From: Dehalococcoidia bacterium
GTDB lineage: Bacteria; Chloroflexota; Dehalococcoidia; Lucifugimonadales; UBA3495
Length of the DNA: 64,000 nucleotides
Direction of reading: 5' to 3'
NCBI GenBank assembly: GCA_963664725.1
Contig: OY761558.1
Span: forward strand, 2,156,414 to 2,220,413
The notes under the pieces are model-generated. The model was given only the letters and a program-made list of their open reading frames with translations, was not told the DNA's origin and did no database searches. Within the stretch, counting starts at the first letter, position 1, and every line of letters begins with the position of its first letter. The translations under genes were made by a program, and so were the position numbers. Shown piece after piece: positions 47,331 to 57,049 of this stretch.

Positions 47331-47726
47331 ATGGTCGTAAAAAATTGGGACACCAAGGCATCCCGTGTCGTTTACCACCGCCTGCAAGCGGGGGAATCCC
47401 TTATTAAAAGCATCGAATCCCTGGCTCATTCAGAAGGCATTCGCGAAGCCTCCGTAATGTCCTGCATCGGAAGCCTGACCCAACTCAAGCGCCGCAATCT
47501 CTGCAGTCTCGAAAGGGATCATGAAAGGGAAACCATCGACGAGATTATGGAACTGGTCACCGCTGACGGGTACATTCAGCCTTTGGAGGATGGTGGAGTG
47601 TACGTTCATCTACACGTAGCCGCCGCAAAACCATCAGGCGAAATCGTCGGCGGCCACTGTGAAGACGCTACCTGTTTTACCGGCGCTTTCGTATATCTCC
47701 AGGTAATTGAAGATACACAGAGCTGA
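47331..47726 (+). CDS. PPC (DUF296) domain protein
   Basis: VVYHRLQAGESLIKSIESLAHSEGIREASVMSCIGSL...HLHVAAAKPSGEIVGGH is typical of the PPC/DUF296 fold. Confidence 0.7.
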   Translation: MVVKNWDTKASRVVYHRLQAGESLIKSIESLAHSEGIREASVMSCIGSLTQLKRRNLCSLERDHERETIDEIMELVTADGYIQPLEDGGVYVHLHVAAAKPSGEIVGGHCEDATCFTGAFVYLQVIEDTQS

Positions 47727-47989
47727 AACGCTCCTCCTGAGTATCTAAGAGATCCGGCATCGTCAAACCCCCAGACAGGCGCTGTCTCGGTACAATGGCC
47801 AAGCTTCGAGTAGAGCGAGGCAACCAGCACGCCATGGAGCGCTTATTCAGGGGCGGCGGGTTCCGGGAATCGTCCTACATGCGGCCTGCAGTTCATCCCT
47901 GGCGTTTGGCAATGGCGGGGCAGCGCATTCACGACGCCACTCTGCGCCAGGCCTGCAGGCCTTTTTGTACAAGTAGCAACAAGCCCTTA

Positions 47990-49771
47990 TCAACGGTTCA
48001 GGTATGGATCGCTGCCAATGTCTGCCACCGTCACCTTAACCACATCGACTCCATGGAATTTTTGATGCCGTACCGACTCGGCATAGTGTCTGAGCAAGCG
48101 AAAGGAAGCCTCATTCTCGTCTAACTTATCATCTCTCAAAAGGGCCAGTTGGTCCTGCAAGTTTTGTCCTTCAATTGAAGCGAAGAACTCCAGTTCCATT
48201 TCCGCAGTATGTGAGCGGGCGACGACCGTCAACTTCCCTGGTTCCAGGAGGTCGTCGTCCTCACACAAATCCAGGAGACTCAATAGGGTTTCCTCTCCAG
48301 CAGCGCACAATCGGGTTACTGCTTCCGTATTCCAAGCCCTCCGTTCAGCCACTTTTTGGAGAAAAGAGGTAATCTCCGGCAGGGAAGAATAAGCAAAAGG
48401 GACCTCAACTCGTTGCGGTCGGGAGTCGGTGATTTCCACGAACCAGGTCAGCAGAAGGGCAACCAACGTCCCAGCGGTAAGTCCATTGTTCAAAAAGCCA
48501 GTCCATTTAGCCCCTGGCAACGAGGCAAGAATGCCTGAAATCTCCAAGCCGATCCCCACCGCCATCGCCGCTCCCATTATTAGACCCCGCCGGTGGTCCA
48601 GGCCCTCCTGCGAAACAGTGCGGATGCCCTCCACCATGTAGGTACCCATCAGGAAAAGCAGGTAGGCGCCCATGACCGGCCCTGGAATAATTAACAATAC
48701 GGCCGTCAACTTGGGAGAGAAGGCCAGGGCTACCAGCATGACCCCGGCGGCATACCCCACTCGCCGATTGGCAATTCCGGTAAGACTGACCAGGGAACCG
48801 CTGGCGGCGGAGTTTACTGTCGTGGGTGGAGAGCCGGCCAGGCCGCTCAGCAGCAAACCTGTGCCGTTGGCATACAGAGAGCCCTGCACCAACCGGAAAT
48901 CGGTGGCGCGGGGCCTGCGTCGGGACAGCCTCTGCACCACCACGCTATCTCCCATATTCTTGATGCCGTTGATCCACAATACTATGATGGCCATAGGCAA
49001 CAATGCCACGAATCCGCCAGTGTCCGGCATCTCGAAGTCCGGAAACCAGGCGCCTGGAATGCCAACCCACTTCGAATTTGCAACCAATTGAAAGTCATAC
49101 AACCCAAAGGGGGCGGCAACGACGCAGCCCGCCACAATTCCAAGGATGGGAGTCCACAAGCGCCACCCACCGGATAGCCTCAGGCCCAGAACAACAACCA
49201 CGGTCAAGGTAACGGCGGCAACCACTACCCCCGAGTATGAGAATGAACCAGCGGGAAGGGAGGCAACCCGCTGAGCGGCTATGGGAATCACCGAAGTGGC
49301 GAGCAGCAGGAGGGCCGTTCCTGATACCACCGGCGTAATGACCCGCCTCATTACCGGCAGCCAGGCGGACAGGGCAATTTGCGCCACCGCGCCAGCAATA
49401 GTTAATCCTGCCAGCATTGCGGGCCCACCGGCCGACAGCGCGGGCACGGACACCACTATCAGGGAAACGCTGCCCGCGGTTATCAGGACGTGCCCAGTAC
49501 CGATCCGCCAGATACGGCTGGCCTGGAGCGCGGTAGCCACGCCACAGATTATCAGTGCGGCGAAGGCAGACCAGACCAGGTACTCTTCGGATTGTTCCGC
49601 CACCAGCGCCGCAGTGGTCACTGCCGTCACTATTGGCGTCAGTACCAGTAACACTCCCTGGAATCCTGCAAACCCCCATACAAAGAAGGGGCAGGACTCT
49701 TCCGGTTCGTAGCGGACACGCTGGTTGTCTTCCGATTTAGCCAAGACTCCCTCTGGTAGTTTCTTTCTCAA
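47990..49771 (-). CDS. NCS2/SLC23-like permease with C-terminal cytoplasmic extension
   Basis: About 12 TM helices. The segment LLSGLAGSPPTTVNSAASGSLVSLTGIANRRVG resembles the NCS2 signature region. A soluble tail of about 170 aa follows. Confidence 0.6.
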   Translation of the reverse strand: MRKKLPEGVLAKSEDNQRVRYEPEESCPFFVWGFAGFQGVLLVLTPIVTAVTTAALVAEQSEEYLVWSAFAALIICGVATALQASRIWRIGTGHVLITAGSVSLIVVSVPALSAGGPAMLAGLTIAGAVAQIALSAWLPVMRRVITPVVSGTALLLLATSVIPIAAQRVASLPAGSFSYSGVVVAAVTLTVVVVLGLRLSGGWRLWTPILGIVAGCVVAAPFGLYDFQLVANSKWVGIPGAWFPDFEMPDTGGFVALLPMAIIVLWINGIKNMGDSVVVQRLSRRRPRATDFRLVQGSLYANGTGLLLSGLAGSPPTTVNSAASGSLVSLTGIANRRVGYAAGVMLVALAFSPKLTAVLLIIPGPVMGAYLLFLMGTYMVEGIRTVSQEGLDHRRGLIMGAAMAVGIGLEISGILASLPGAKWTGFLNNGLTAGTLVALLLTWFVEITDSRPQRVEVPFAYSSLPEITSFLQKVAERRAWNTEAVTRLCAAGEETLLSLLDLCEDDDLLEPGKLTVVARSHTAEMELEFFASIEGQNLQDQLALLRDDKLDENEASFRLLRHYAESVRHQKFHGVDVVKVTVADIGSDPYLNR

Positions 49772-49915
49772 CGGTTTGACCTAAGGGGCCGGACAGGCAA
49801 AACCAACCCTGTCGGCCTATTGATAATCTGCCCTGTGGCGAAGGGTTCAATGCAAGAAAGGGGGGATGAATATTAAAACTCTTGGAGTCTGTTCCAACCC
49901 GAAGGGTTGTCTCGA

Positions 49916-52900
49916 CTACCACACAATCTGGTTCCAGCAGTTGTCGTTCCGGCAGGAAAGGTAACGAGTCCTGCCATTCAGGATTGCCTCGGTGTTTTCG
50001 CTGGTCTTTATGTAGTAAACCTCCCCTGGAATCAGGAATTCCAGGGTGCTCTCCTCCTGCACGTGAGGATCATGGAAGGTCCATTCCTTAGTGTCGTTTC
50101 CGAAATGGAATGCAGTCAGGAAGCTATCGCCCAGCGTGGTACTCAGCGCTTCAATGTCGGTGACTGGACCTGTCTCCACTAATGGTGTGCCGACCTGAAA
50201 GTCTGCCAGGACGTAGATGCCGCCGGCCAGGACCACGATTGACTCCTGCCCTGTTTCCGACTGGGGAACCAGCACCTCAAACTCCATCATTCCATTGCGG
50301 TCGGTGAGGGGAGCGGGGGAGGGGGTAACGTTAACCTCTCCCATGATGACCATTGCCACGGATGTAAAGGCGCGAAAACCCCTGCCGGTCACCGTGACCG
50401 TAGTTCCCGACGGGCCGCGATCGGGAGAAACGGTAACCGTGGCCTCTGTAATGAGATGCGTGGTGTTGGTGAAAATTGTGTGTCCCTCGTCATCCATAAA
50501 CTCGGCAGACACAAGGTTGGTGGAAGGTATTTCCACAGCCCGGGGGACAGTCATTTCGGTGGAGAAACGGCCGCCTGCATCTATGGATACGGAAGTTGTT
50601 GACTGACCACTGCCATAGTCATAGGTAATTTCGACCTGGACTTCAGAGCCCCGGTTGTTGCTTACGGGAAAGCCCTGTCCGGAAATGGTTACTGTGTCGC
50701 CGGGGACGGCTTGCTCAGGTGACACCTCGATACTTCTGTGGGGGAAAACGATAGTCGCTTCCCCAAGACGGCGATGTGAATCCCTCACCTGGAGCTTCCG
50801 CTCTCCACCCAGCAGGGTGGAACCATTTACCGGGAGGACGACACTTCCCACCCAGCGGCCGCTGCTGTCGAGCTGTATAGGGCCGTCTGCCCGCTCCCCA
50901 ACCCTGCTGGCCGGCAATTCAACGCCATCCATACTGACGCGAGTTATTTCCGTGCCATGAAAGCCCTGCACTGTCACACGCACCCTTTGGTTGGGCAATG
51001 CCGTCGAAGGAGTAACCTGAACGTGAAGAGAGGTGTCCACCTCCGCTGTGGTATGGAGCTCGAGACAGAAGCCACCGTTTAATTGGTCACCGTTCCTTTC
51101 CTCTTCACAGTCTCCAATTTCCCCTTCGACAACGACTCGAATTTCCTGACGCCCGGGCAAGACGTCACCTGGCATCGCCAGGTGAAAGCTTAACCTTCCC
51201 GTCTCAGGAATCTGCCGGTTGCCCAGTCCCTCCAGGTCGGCGGCAAATCCCCCTATCCTTATGGAATTCAAATGGCCTTCAGGAAAATCCAGCAAATCCA
51301 CCCGTACGGTGGAATTTGTACGAAGGAAGGTTCCCAGATTGACGGTGCCCGCCAGTTCCATCACCTGGAAAGAGTTTTCTACATTCTCCTTCTTCTTTAG
51401 CTGGGTGCCATCCTCCGTATATTCTTCAAGGACAAGGATAGATGTATGTCCCTCGCCGTCTCTTGCGTTAATGAAGTTGCAATTGCTTCCTTCATAATCG
51501 ACGTTGATTTCTCCGACCATTGTGCTGTCATTCGGAACATAGTCACCTGAAAGGTCAAAGGTGCAATCCCCAAAGCCCGGTACAAAAGGAGGATTAGTCA
51601 CCGGTATGGAACAGCGGGCGATTGCCTGGGAGTCGGACTCAGCCCGGCAAAGAACCGCTCCCAGCGCGTCGAACACGCCGTTCATGTTGGAGTCGCGCCA
51701 GAAGATGACCGTCGTACCAACGGCGAAGCCACGGGCAGTCAACTCCAGTTGGTCGCCCCTTCGGGCAATGTGTTCGCCGAGTTCCACTTGAAAGTCTATG
51801 AGCAGGCCGGAAAGTTCATAGTCCTCAACATGGTCGTCGATAGCCTCCTCCATTCTCTTGAAGGCATTGCGAACCGCCAGGTCAGGGTGCTGGGCTGGAG
51901 GAAAATCGTTCAGGTCGCGGGTAGTGCCGACTTCCCATAGGTATGCGCCACCCTCTATGGGATTGGATAAACCGGCCTTCTCTTTGATTATCACTTCCAC
52001 CCTGGCGCTGGCCGGAATCGGTATTGAATTGTCGCCATCGACTATCTTGGGGAATATGGTCAGAGTCGTCGGCCCGCCCCTGCCCACTGGCTCCTTCACT
52101 TCCACCGATGAAGCACTGCCGGAACCGTAAAGCTCATACTCGAGCTCAACCGCTTCGATGATGGACACCGTGGCCTTGTCGATTGTCCCTGCGCCCACTC
52201 CGTTGGGTAAGGTTCCGAATCCCAGCACGACGCTCTCCCCGTTGTTTCCGGACGCATTGAAATCAAAAGTCTTGGAGGTCTCTCCGCTCGGGAAGGTCAG
52301 ACTTGCCGGTACGCCAGAATTCTGGGAAGCGCTGGTCCCGTCGCTGGCGGTCGCCGTCAGTGGGATGGTGATTTCCGTATCCTGGGTGGTGCTAAGAATG
52401 ACTGTCACCTCAACGCTACAGCCCTCAAGTACTGAGTAGGCCGAGGCCTCAAAGCTCACCTCAATATCCATAGAGGAAGAGTCTTTGATGTACACCGTGG
52501 CCTCGCTAGGTGTCCCTCCGCTCACTCCTGTCGGCAAAGTATCGAATCCCAGCTTGACGGTCTCCCCGCTGTTTCCGGACGCAGAGAAAATAAAGGTTTT
52601 GGAGGTCTCTCCCTTCTGGAAGGTCAGGCTTGGCGGTACGCCATAATTTGGGGAAGCGCTGGTCCCGTCCTTGGCAGTTGCCGTCAGGGGGATGGTGATT
52701 GCCCGCCCCGGGTCGGCGCTCAGTGTCACTGTCACGTCCAGGCTGCCGTCCTCCGCCACGCTGTACGCCGACGCCCCGAAGCTCACCTTAAGACCGTGCG
52801 TGTAATGGATATCGATTTCGTCAGCATCGATTTTGCTGGGCAAGTTAATTTGCGGGTCCACGCGAAACACGATGCCATCCTGTTCAGGCAGAAGTTCTTG

Positions 52901-53293
52901 CGGACCGTTAGTGAAGTTTATGACGTACCTGGCGTCGGCCCCGGGGCTTCTGGGGATTGCTTCGACGGTGGGTAAGTCCTCGGGATTTGCAACGGGTTCG
53001 CACATAACCTCCTGGGCATGGGCTACCGGCGGGGCCTGGATGGGCGACCCTCCAAGGAGCGGAACTGCCGCCAGCATTGCGCCAAGGAGAATGGCGACGA
53101 GAACAAAGAGCCGGATAGGGAGATGGCCCTTGTGCGCGTCGAATGGGTTCTTATTTCTGCGTTCTTTCCGATAAATAATGAACACGGTCCTAATATTCTT
53201 GGCGAGGACGCGCCTGTTTGCGTGGTTGCCGGTCACTGCCACGCTGGTCCATAACAGGTTCAACTCGGCGCGGACGTCCGACAGATTGGACAT
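49916..53293 (-). CDS. giant surface protein: Calx-beta-like x2, IPT/TIG-like domains, conserved Cys-pair C-terminal domain
   Basis: Signal-anchor helix. Two repeats of about 100 aa (SFGASAYSVAEDGSLDVTVTLSAD...IPLTATAKDGTSA...LTFQKGETSKTF and its duplicate). Several Ig/IPT-like modules. The C-terminus ends CRNDNCWNQIVW. The start codon is uncertain because there is no RBS and a TATAAT lies 8 nt upstream of the ATG. Confidence 0.8.
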   Translation of the reverse strand: MSNLSDVRAELNLLWTSVAVTGNHANRRVLAKNIRTVFIIYRKERRNKNPFDAHKGHLPIRLFVLVAILLGAMLAAVPLLGGSPIQAPPVAHAQEVMCEPVANPEDLPTVEAIPRSPGADARYVINFTNGPQELLPEQDGIVFRVDPQINLPSKIDADEIDIHYTHGLKVSFGASAYSVAEDGSLDVTVTLSADPGRAITIPLTATAKDGTSASPNYGVPPSLTFQKGETSKTFIFSASGNSGETVKLGFDTLPTGVSGGTPSEATVYIKDSSSMDIEVSFEASAYSVLEGCSVEVTVILSTTQDTEITIPLTATASDGTSASQNSGVPASLTFPSGETSKTFDFNASGNNGESVVLGFGTLPNGVGAGTIDKATVSIIEAVELEYELYGSGSASSVEVKEPVGRGGPTTLTIFPKIVDGDNSIPIPASARVEVIIKEKAGLSNPIEGGAYLWEVGTTRDLNDFPPAQHPDLAVRNAFKRMEEAIDDHVEDYELSGLLIDFQVELGEHIARRGDQLELTARGFAVGTTVIFWRDSNMNGVFDALGAVLCRAESDSQAIARCSIPVTNPPFVPGFGDCTFDLSGDYVPNDSTMVGEINVDYEGSNCNFINARDGEGHTSILVLEEYTEDGTQLKKKENVENSFQVMELAGTVNLGTFLRTNSTVRVDLLDFPEGHLNSIRIGGFAADLEGLGNRQIPETGRLSFHLAMPGDVLPGRQEIRVVVEGEIGDCEEERNGDQLNGGFCLELHTTAEVDTSLHVQVTPSTALPNQRVRVTVQGFHGTEITRVSMDGVELPASRVGERADGPIQLDSSGRWVGSVVLPVNGSTLLGGERKLQVRDSHRRLGEATIVFPHRSIEVSPEQAVPGDTVTISGQGFPVSNNRGSEVQVEITYDYGSGQSTTSVSIDAGGRFSTEMTVPRAVEIPSTNLVSAEFMDDEGHTIFTNTTHLITEATVTVSPDRGPSGTTVTVTGRGFRAFTSVAMVIMGEVNVTPSPAPLTDRNGMMEFEVLVPQSETGQESIVVLAGGIYVLADFQVGTPLVETGPVTDIEALSTTLGDSFLTAFHFGNDTKEWTFHDPHVQEESTLEFLIPGEVYYIKTSENTEAILNGRTRYLSCRNDNCWNQIVW

Positions 53294-53780
53294 TCGTTAC
53301 AATTATAATCATTGCGCCCAATTGCGCCCCCTGGTATGAATAATTCTTTATAATTATTCGGCCTAAGGGCTCCTCCTGGTACGGACAATTCTCTGTCGCG
53401 CCGCTGCCTCGCCCACGGCCCTCCCGCTCAACTATCGGACTGCGTTCTGCGCCATCCCGAGCCAGATGTCAGCCCGTCGTGCTGTACTACCCACGCCCGG
53501 AGGAAATGTGATTCATCCGAGGCCGCTGCCCGGTTGGAAGGCTGCCGGCCGCCCTCTTCCGAGATGATTGGCGCTCCCTCGCCAAAGACTTCGAAACCGT
53601 TGGCGCCAACCCAATTCCATGATGCCTGGCAAGGTCATAGACGAGCGGCGATTGCGGAAAGTACGCTTTTCTCCATCGTCAATGGTTAAGTCTTTCGCCT
53701 TGAACTTACATACCCTCCAATCCCGTATTCAGCTACCCCGGAGCCAGGGTGGCTAAGGTCGTCTCCGCACCCTTTTACAC

Positions 53781-54674
53781 TTACCTTCTCAGGATGCCAG
53801 GCGAGCATCCGGATTCCTCCAGGATTTTCACGGCTTCCTCGGGCAATTCGGTCTTGGCGCTCTCCAGCCGGACCAAGGCATCGACGTAGTCCTGTCCGTA
53901 GTAGCGGGCCATTTGCTCGTATATGTAAAGGCGAGCCAGCTGCTCTTTCTCTTCCTCGGTCCTTGAATCATCGTGCGCCAGTTCCAGCAATCTCGGAAAT
54001 ATAGTCGATGCAAACAGTTCTTCGTTGCCCGCCACTGCAAGGGTTGCCGGACGGCTCTTCGCATATCCAGCGTAAGCGTCCAGAAGGGCGACCCAGGCGT
54101 CATGGTAAGCGCGCAGGCCGGTTGGAGGCTCTAACAGCCCGACGGCTGTGACTGCCTCGTCCAATGCCTGGGCCAGCTCCCCAAACAGCATTGCTTCCCC
54201 AGGCTCGGGCACACTTTGAGGGTCCGTGGCCTGAAGCGAATCGACCAGGACCGCGCAATCAGCGGCATAAGCCACAGACTGCTCCACTGGGTCGGGAGTG
54301 GGGACAGGCTTTGGCGTAGACGTGGGGGGAGGCGCTGCGACTGGTTCGCTGGTTGCGGAGTCTTGGGCCACTGCAGTCGCTACAACAGTAACGGTCGGAG
54401 CTGATGTCGGTGCTGCGGTTGGATCAACAACTACAGGGGCCGGTCCTGCGGATGTAGTCGCGGGGGTTGTGGTTGAGGTTTCGGCTGCCGGCGCGGTTGG
54501 GGCCGCCGTTGGCCCCGGACCCGCCACCGCCCTCACCGGCGCGGCGGTGGCGGTATCCGGAGTCGGCGTATCACCACAGCCAACCAGGGCGAAGGTAATG
54601 AACATAGCCGCCAGGGATCCCAGCCAGGCAATTGAGAGCTTCGGTCCGGTATGAGATCCCCACGATGTCACCAT
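53781..54674 (-). CDS. lipoprotein, unknown function
   Basis: Lipobox FALVGCGD, an Ala/Pro/Thr-rich linker, then a helical domain of about 170 aa. The ATG at 54674 avoids overlap with the upstream gene. Confidence 0.6.
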   Translation of the reverse strand: MVTSWGSHTGPKLSIAWLGSLAAMFITFALVGCGDTPTPDTATAAPVRAVAGPGPTAAPTAPAAETSTTTPATTSAGPAPVVVDPTAAPTSAPTVTVVATAVAQDSATSEPVAAPPPTSTPKPVPTPDPVEQSVAYAADCAVLVDSLQATDPQSVPEPGEAMLFGELAQALDEAVTAVGLLEPPTGLRAYHDAWVALLDAYAGYAKSRPATLAVAGNEELFASTIFPRLLELAHDDSRTEEEKEQLARLYIYEQMARYYGQDYVDALVRLESAKTELPEEAVKILEESGCSPGILRR

Positions 54675-54678
54675 AGTG

Positions 54679-56643
54679 TTAGTCGCTGTCCTCAACCAAC
54701 ACCTTGATTCTCAGTCCGTCAGATCTATGGGCCGTACCTCCCGGAGTGTGGGTGATCCTGGCCCACCCGTTCGTGGTGTTGTCATCCGCAGGGCCAGTAA
54801 TGGTCACGTATTTTTCGATGTGGTAGTTGCCTCGGTTAAAGGTGAGGCTGCTCTTGTTCAGCGTCAGCGCCCCATCCGGGTAGACCGAGATGTCGATAGT
54901 GGTAGTACCTTCGGGATCGTGACTCAGTTTGACCCCGTACCGCTTTGTCCCTCCCTCGTTCACCTTTAGCGCATAAGGTCCGTTCACGTAGGGCCATCCC
55001 AGGGAACTGGTGCTGCTGTTGGAGCTGTTTTCAACGCTTTGCTTATCGAAGTTCCCCAGGGAGTTTCCGTCGGAGTCCACGAACATGCCCACGGACTCCT
55101 TTGCGAACAGGTTGTTGTAGGCGACCTTCACCTGGGCGCCTCTCTTGATGGGCCGGTGCACATTCAGGGTCAGCTTGTTCTCGGAGAGGCTGGCGTTTCT
55201 GACATCCAGGGGGCGACTCTGAATCTCGCCGTAGACGTCGAAGACGGCAGCGTAGAACCGTCCCAAACCTATATTGAAGTCTTCGCTAATGGTCTCAAGC
55301 AGAGCCGGGGGCGAGACTTCCTTGCTAAAGGTTATCGTGACCCGGTTGCCGGCCCTGTTGGTTTCGGCGCTGACAAAGATCGGGGGCGAGGTCGTGCTGC
55401 CGTCCAGCTTGTGATCCGACAGGTGCTCGGTGCCGGGGTAGAGCCTGCTCACCTCCGCCTGGTCGTCCACCGTCTCGATGGACTGCCCGTCCCCAATGTG
55501 AAAGCCGGAGCTGTCGTTGCCTTGCGCGATTCTCAGCCCCTGGGTGTCCGAGTCGTTCTCCTGGACGGTGTACCGGAAGACGATGGTGTCTGTGCCGGTG
55601 CCCCGGTTGTAGGCGGCGGCCCGCCACGTGGAGGCTCCGGTGCCCACCAGGATGCCTATCCTCACGTTCCCCGTCACGTCCACCGCCTCCGAGAAGGTCA
55701 ACTGGACCTCGATGTCGTCATCCCGGTGGTACGTATCCCCCTGCGGCGGCGACGAGATAACGTCAACCGCGGTCACGTGGGGGCTGCCGTCCGCCAGGGC
55801 GTCGGGGAAGTGCCGGCCGTGGTAGTACCGGGATATGGGCGGATCAACTGCGGAACTGGGATTTACCTGCCGCTTGATGTTATGAGTCCCTGTGAGTCCG
55901 GTGGTGCCGTCACTGTCGTCCACCTCCACTCCGTCTGGGTCAATGTCCTCCTCCTGGACGGTGTAGCGGAAATGGACAGTCCACGCGCCATAAATTGCAG
56001 TATCGTCGGGATAGTGGAGTTGGGCCTTCTTCAGGTTTTCGTCCCCGTCTCCCAGCCGGAAGTCCATATAAAGGTCTGGATTACCGACGTAGTTAACCTT
56101 AACTACGGCGTTTGTGTGGGCGGCGAACTCTATCTCCTCCCCTGCCCGGTAGGCTAGGCCATCGGCCGGCTCCGAGGAAACGGAAACTTCCCGAATGCCG
56201 TAGTCGTTATCTACGATGGTGATTTCGCAGGAGGTGTTGTTGCTCCGGTTGTCCTGGCGGCTGAACCGGAGGGTGAATGTCTCGTCGGCTTCTGGGTAAT
56301 CGTCATCAAAGGCTTCAATGGTCCGGGTCATGGTGTTGCCGCTTCTGCGGGAACCCTGCCGCACGCCGTCGAGCGCGTCAAAGTCCTCGTCTCCTGTGGC
56401 CGTCCCGTCCGTGGTGTACCACCAGACGTGGAGTTGGCCGTCCCAGTCGCCGCGCACCTTCACGTCTATGGAGTCACCCTCCGTTATCTCCCCTCCCCTG
56501 CAGTCCAAATCCAGGTCCGTTTCCGCGTAGACCGACCCCGGGGGTGAGAACATCAGAATGGCTGCCAGGAAGACGGACGCCAATAGCGCGAAAGCAGCCG
56601 CGCCGACTCTGACGGTTTTGGGGGTTGTGGCTATCCGGTTCAT
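54679..56643 (-). CDS. surface protein: N-terminal Calx-beta domain plus Ig-like repeat modules
   Basis: AGGAGG lies 7 nt upstream of the ATG at 56643 (MNRIATTPK) and a signal peptide is present. The Calx-beta pattern is TTDGTATGDEDFDAL...DDDYPEADETFTLRF...CEITIVDND. The modules are of the same type as in 60733-64000 (DTYHRDDDIEVQLTFSEAVDVTG...FRYTVQENDSD...HKLDG). Confidence 0.8.
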   Translation of the reverse strand: MNRIATTPKTVRVGAAAFALLASVFLAAILMFSPPGSVYAETDLDLDCRGGEITEGDSIDVKVRGDWDGQLHVWWYTTDGTATGDEDFDALDGVRQGSRRSGNTMTRTIEAFDDDYPEADETFTLRFSRQDNRSNNTSCEITIVDNDYGIREVSVSSEPADGLAYRAGEEIEFAAHTNAVVKVNYVGNPDLYMDFRLGDGDENLKKAQLHYPDDTAIYGAWTVHFRYTVQEEDIDPDGVEVDDSDGTTGLTGTHNIKRQVNPSSAVDPPISRYYHGRHFPDALADGSPHVTAVDVISSPPQGDTYHRDDDIEVQLTFSEAVDVTGNVRIGILVGTGASTWRAAAYNRGTGTDTIVFRYTVQENDSDTQGLRIAQGNDSSGFHIGDGQSIETVDDQAEVSRLYPGTEHLSDHKLDGSTTSPPIFVSAETNRAGNRVTITFSKEVSPPALLETISEDFNIGLGRFYAAVFDVYGEIQSRPLDVRNASLSENKLTLNVHRPIKRGAQVKVAYNNLFAKESVGMFVDSDGNSLGNFDKQSVENSSNSSTSSLGWPYVNGPYALKVNEGGTKRYGVKLSHDPEGTTTIDISVYPDGALTLNKSSLTFNRGNYHIEKYVTITGPADDNTTNGWARITHTPGGTAHRSDGLRIKVLVEDSD

Positions 56644-56742
56644 CAGCAGCCTCCTGCCTGGAATGTTGGGGCGAACCCTGTACGGCCCGCGCGGCAACCG
56701 TGATTCCAGGCCTCGCCCGAGTCACCCCGCCCATCGTTGAGC

Positions 56743-56755
56743 ATCGTTTAACGAT
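56743..56755. promoter_or_regulatory. perfect 6-1-6 palindrome ATCGTT-T-AACGAT (candidate operator)
   Basis: It is preceded by a direct copy of ATCGTT at 56733-56738 and lies about 100 nt upstream of the ATG at 56643, in the divergent region shared with the histidine kinase gene. Confidence 0.3.
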
Positions 56756-56795
56756 ATTCAGTACAAATAGTGTTCCGATTTCTCTCTGGTACCGT

Positions 56796-56838
56796 CAATT
56801 GGCAAATGCCCTTTTTCAACGGGGCATTTGCCCTGTAC
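56796..56838 (-). repeat. 45-bp palindromic element, copy 2
   Basis: The minus strand reads ACAGGGCAAATGCCC-CGTTGAAAAA-GGGCATTTGCCAATTG. The left arm is 15/15 identical and the right arm 15/16 identical to copy 1 at 8485-8529. Confidence 0.7.
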
Positions 56839-57049
56839 GTCGATGGTCTGAGTAACCTTGAAGATGGGAAAGACGATAAATCAATTGAGATGCACAACAA
56901 ATTGATTGCCGGCTGCTGTCGGGAAGCCGTGGGAATTCTTTGTCAAAGTGCGTACCTCCTGAACCTTCGCGTTAAGACACAGGTGCTTTTGCTATGTCCC
57001 TAAGGTGCATTTGCTTCTTGCGGACACGGCTTGGTCTCATTAGATTGTT

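Noticed and set aside
53285-53320. TATAAT box 8 nt upstream of the ATG of the 1125-aa surface protein, suggesting a leaderless mRNA
   Set aside because: There is no credible -35 or extended -10 element. The predicted N-terminus has an unusually long (about 50 aa) pre-signal segment, so the true start may be an internal GTG near 53185. The evidence is insufficient either way.
53480-53690. Minus-strand open frame RWRKAYFPQSPLVYDLARHHGIGLAPTVSKSLARERQSS...LPTGQRPR, resembling a transposase or regulator HTH (IS630-like N-terminus)
   Set aside because: It is only about 65 codons, has no start codon, the resemblance is loose and from memory, and no DDE or catalytic part follows. At best it is a very decayed remnant, so I did not call it.
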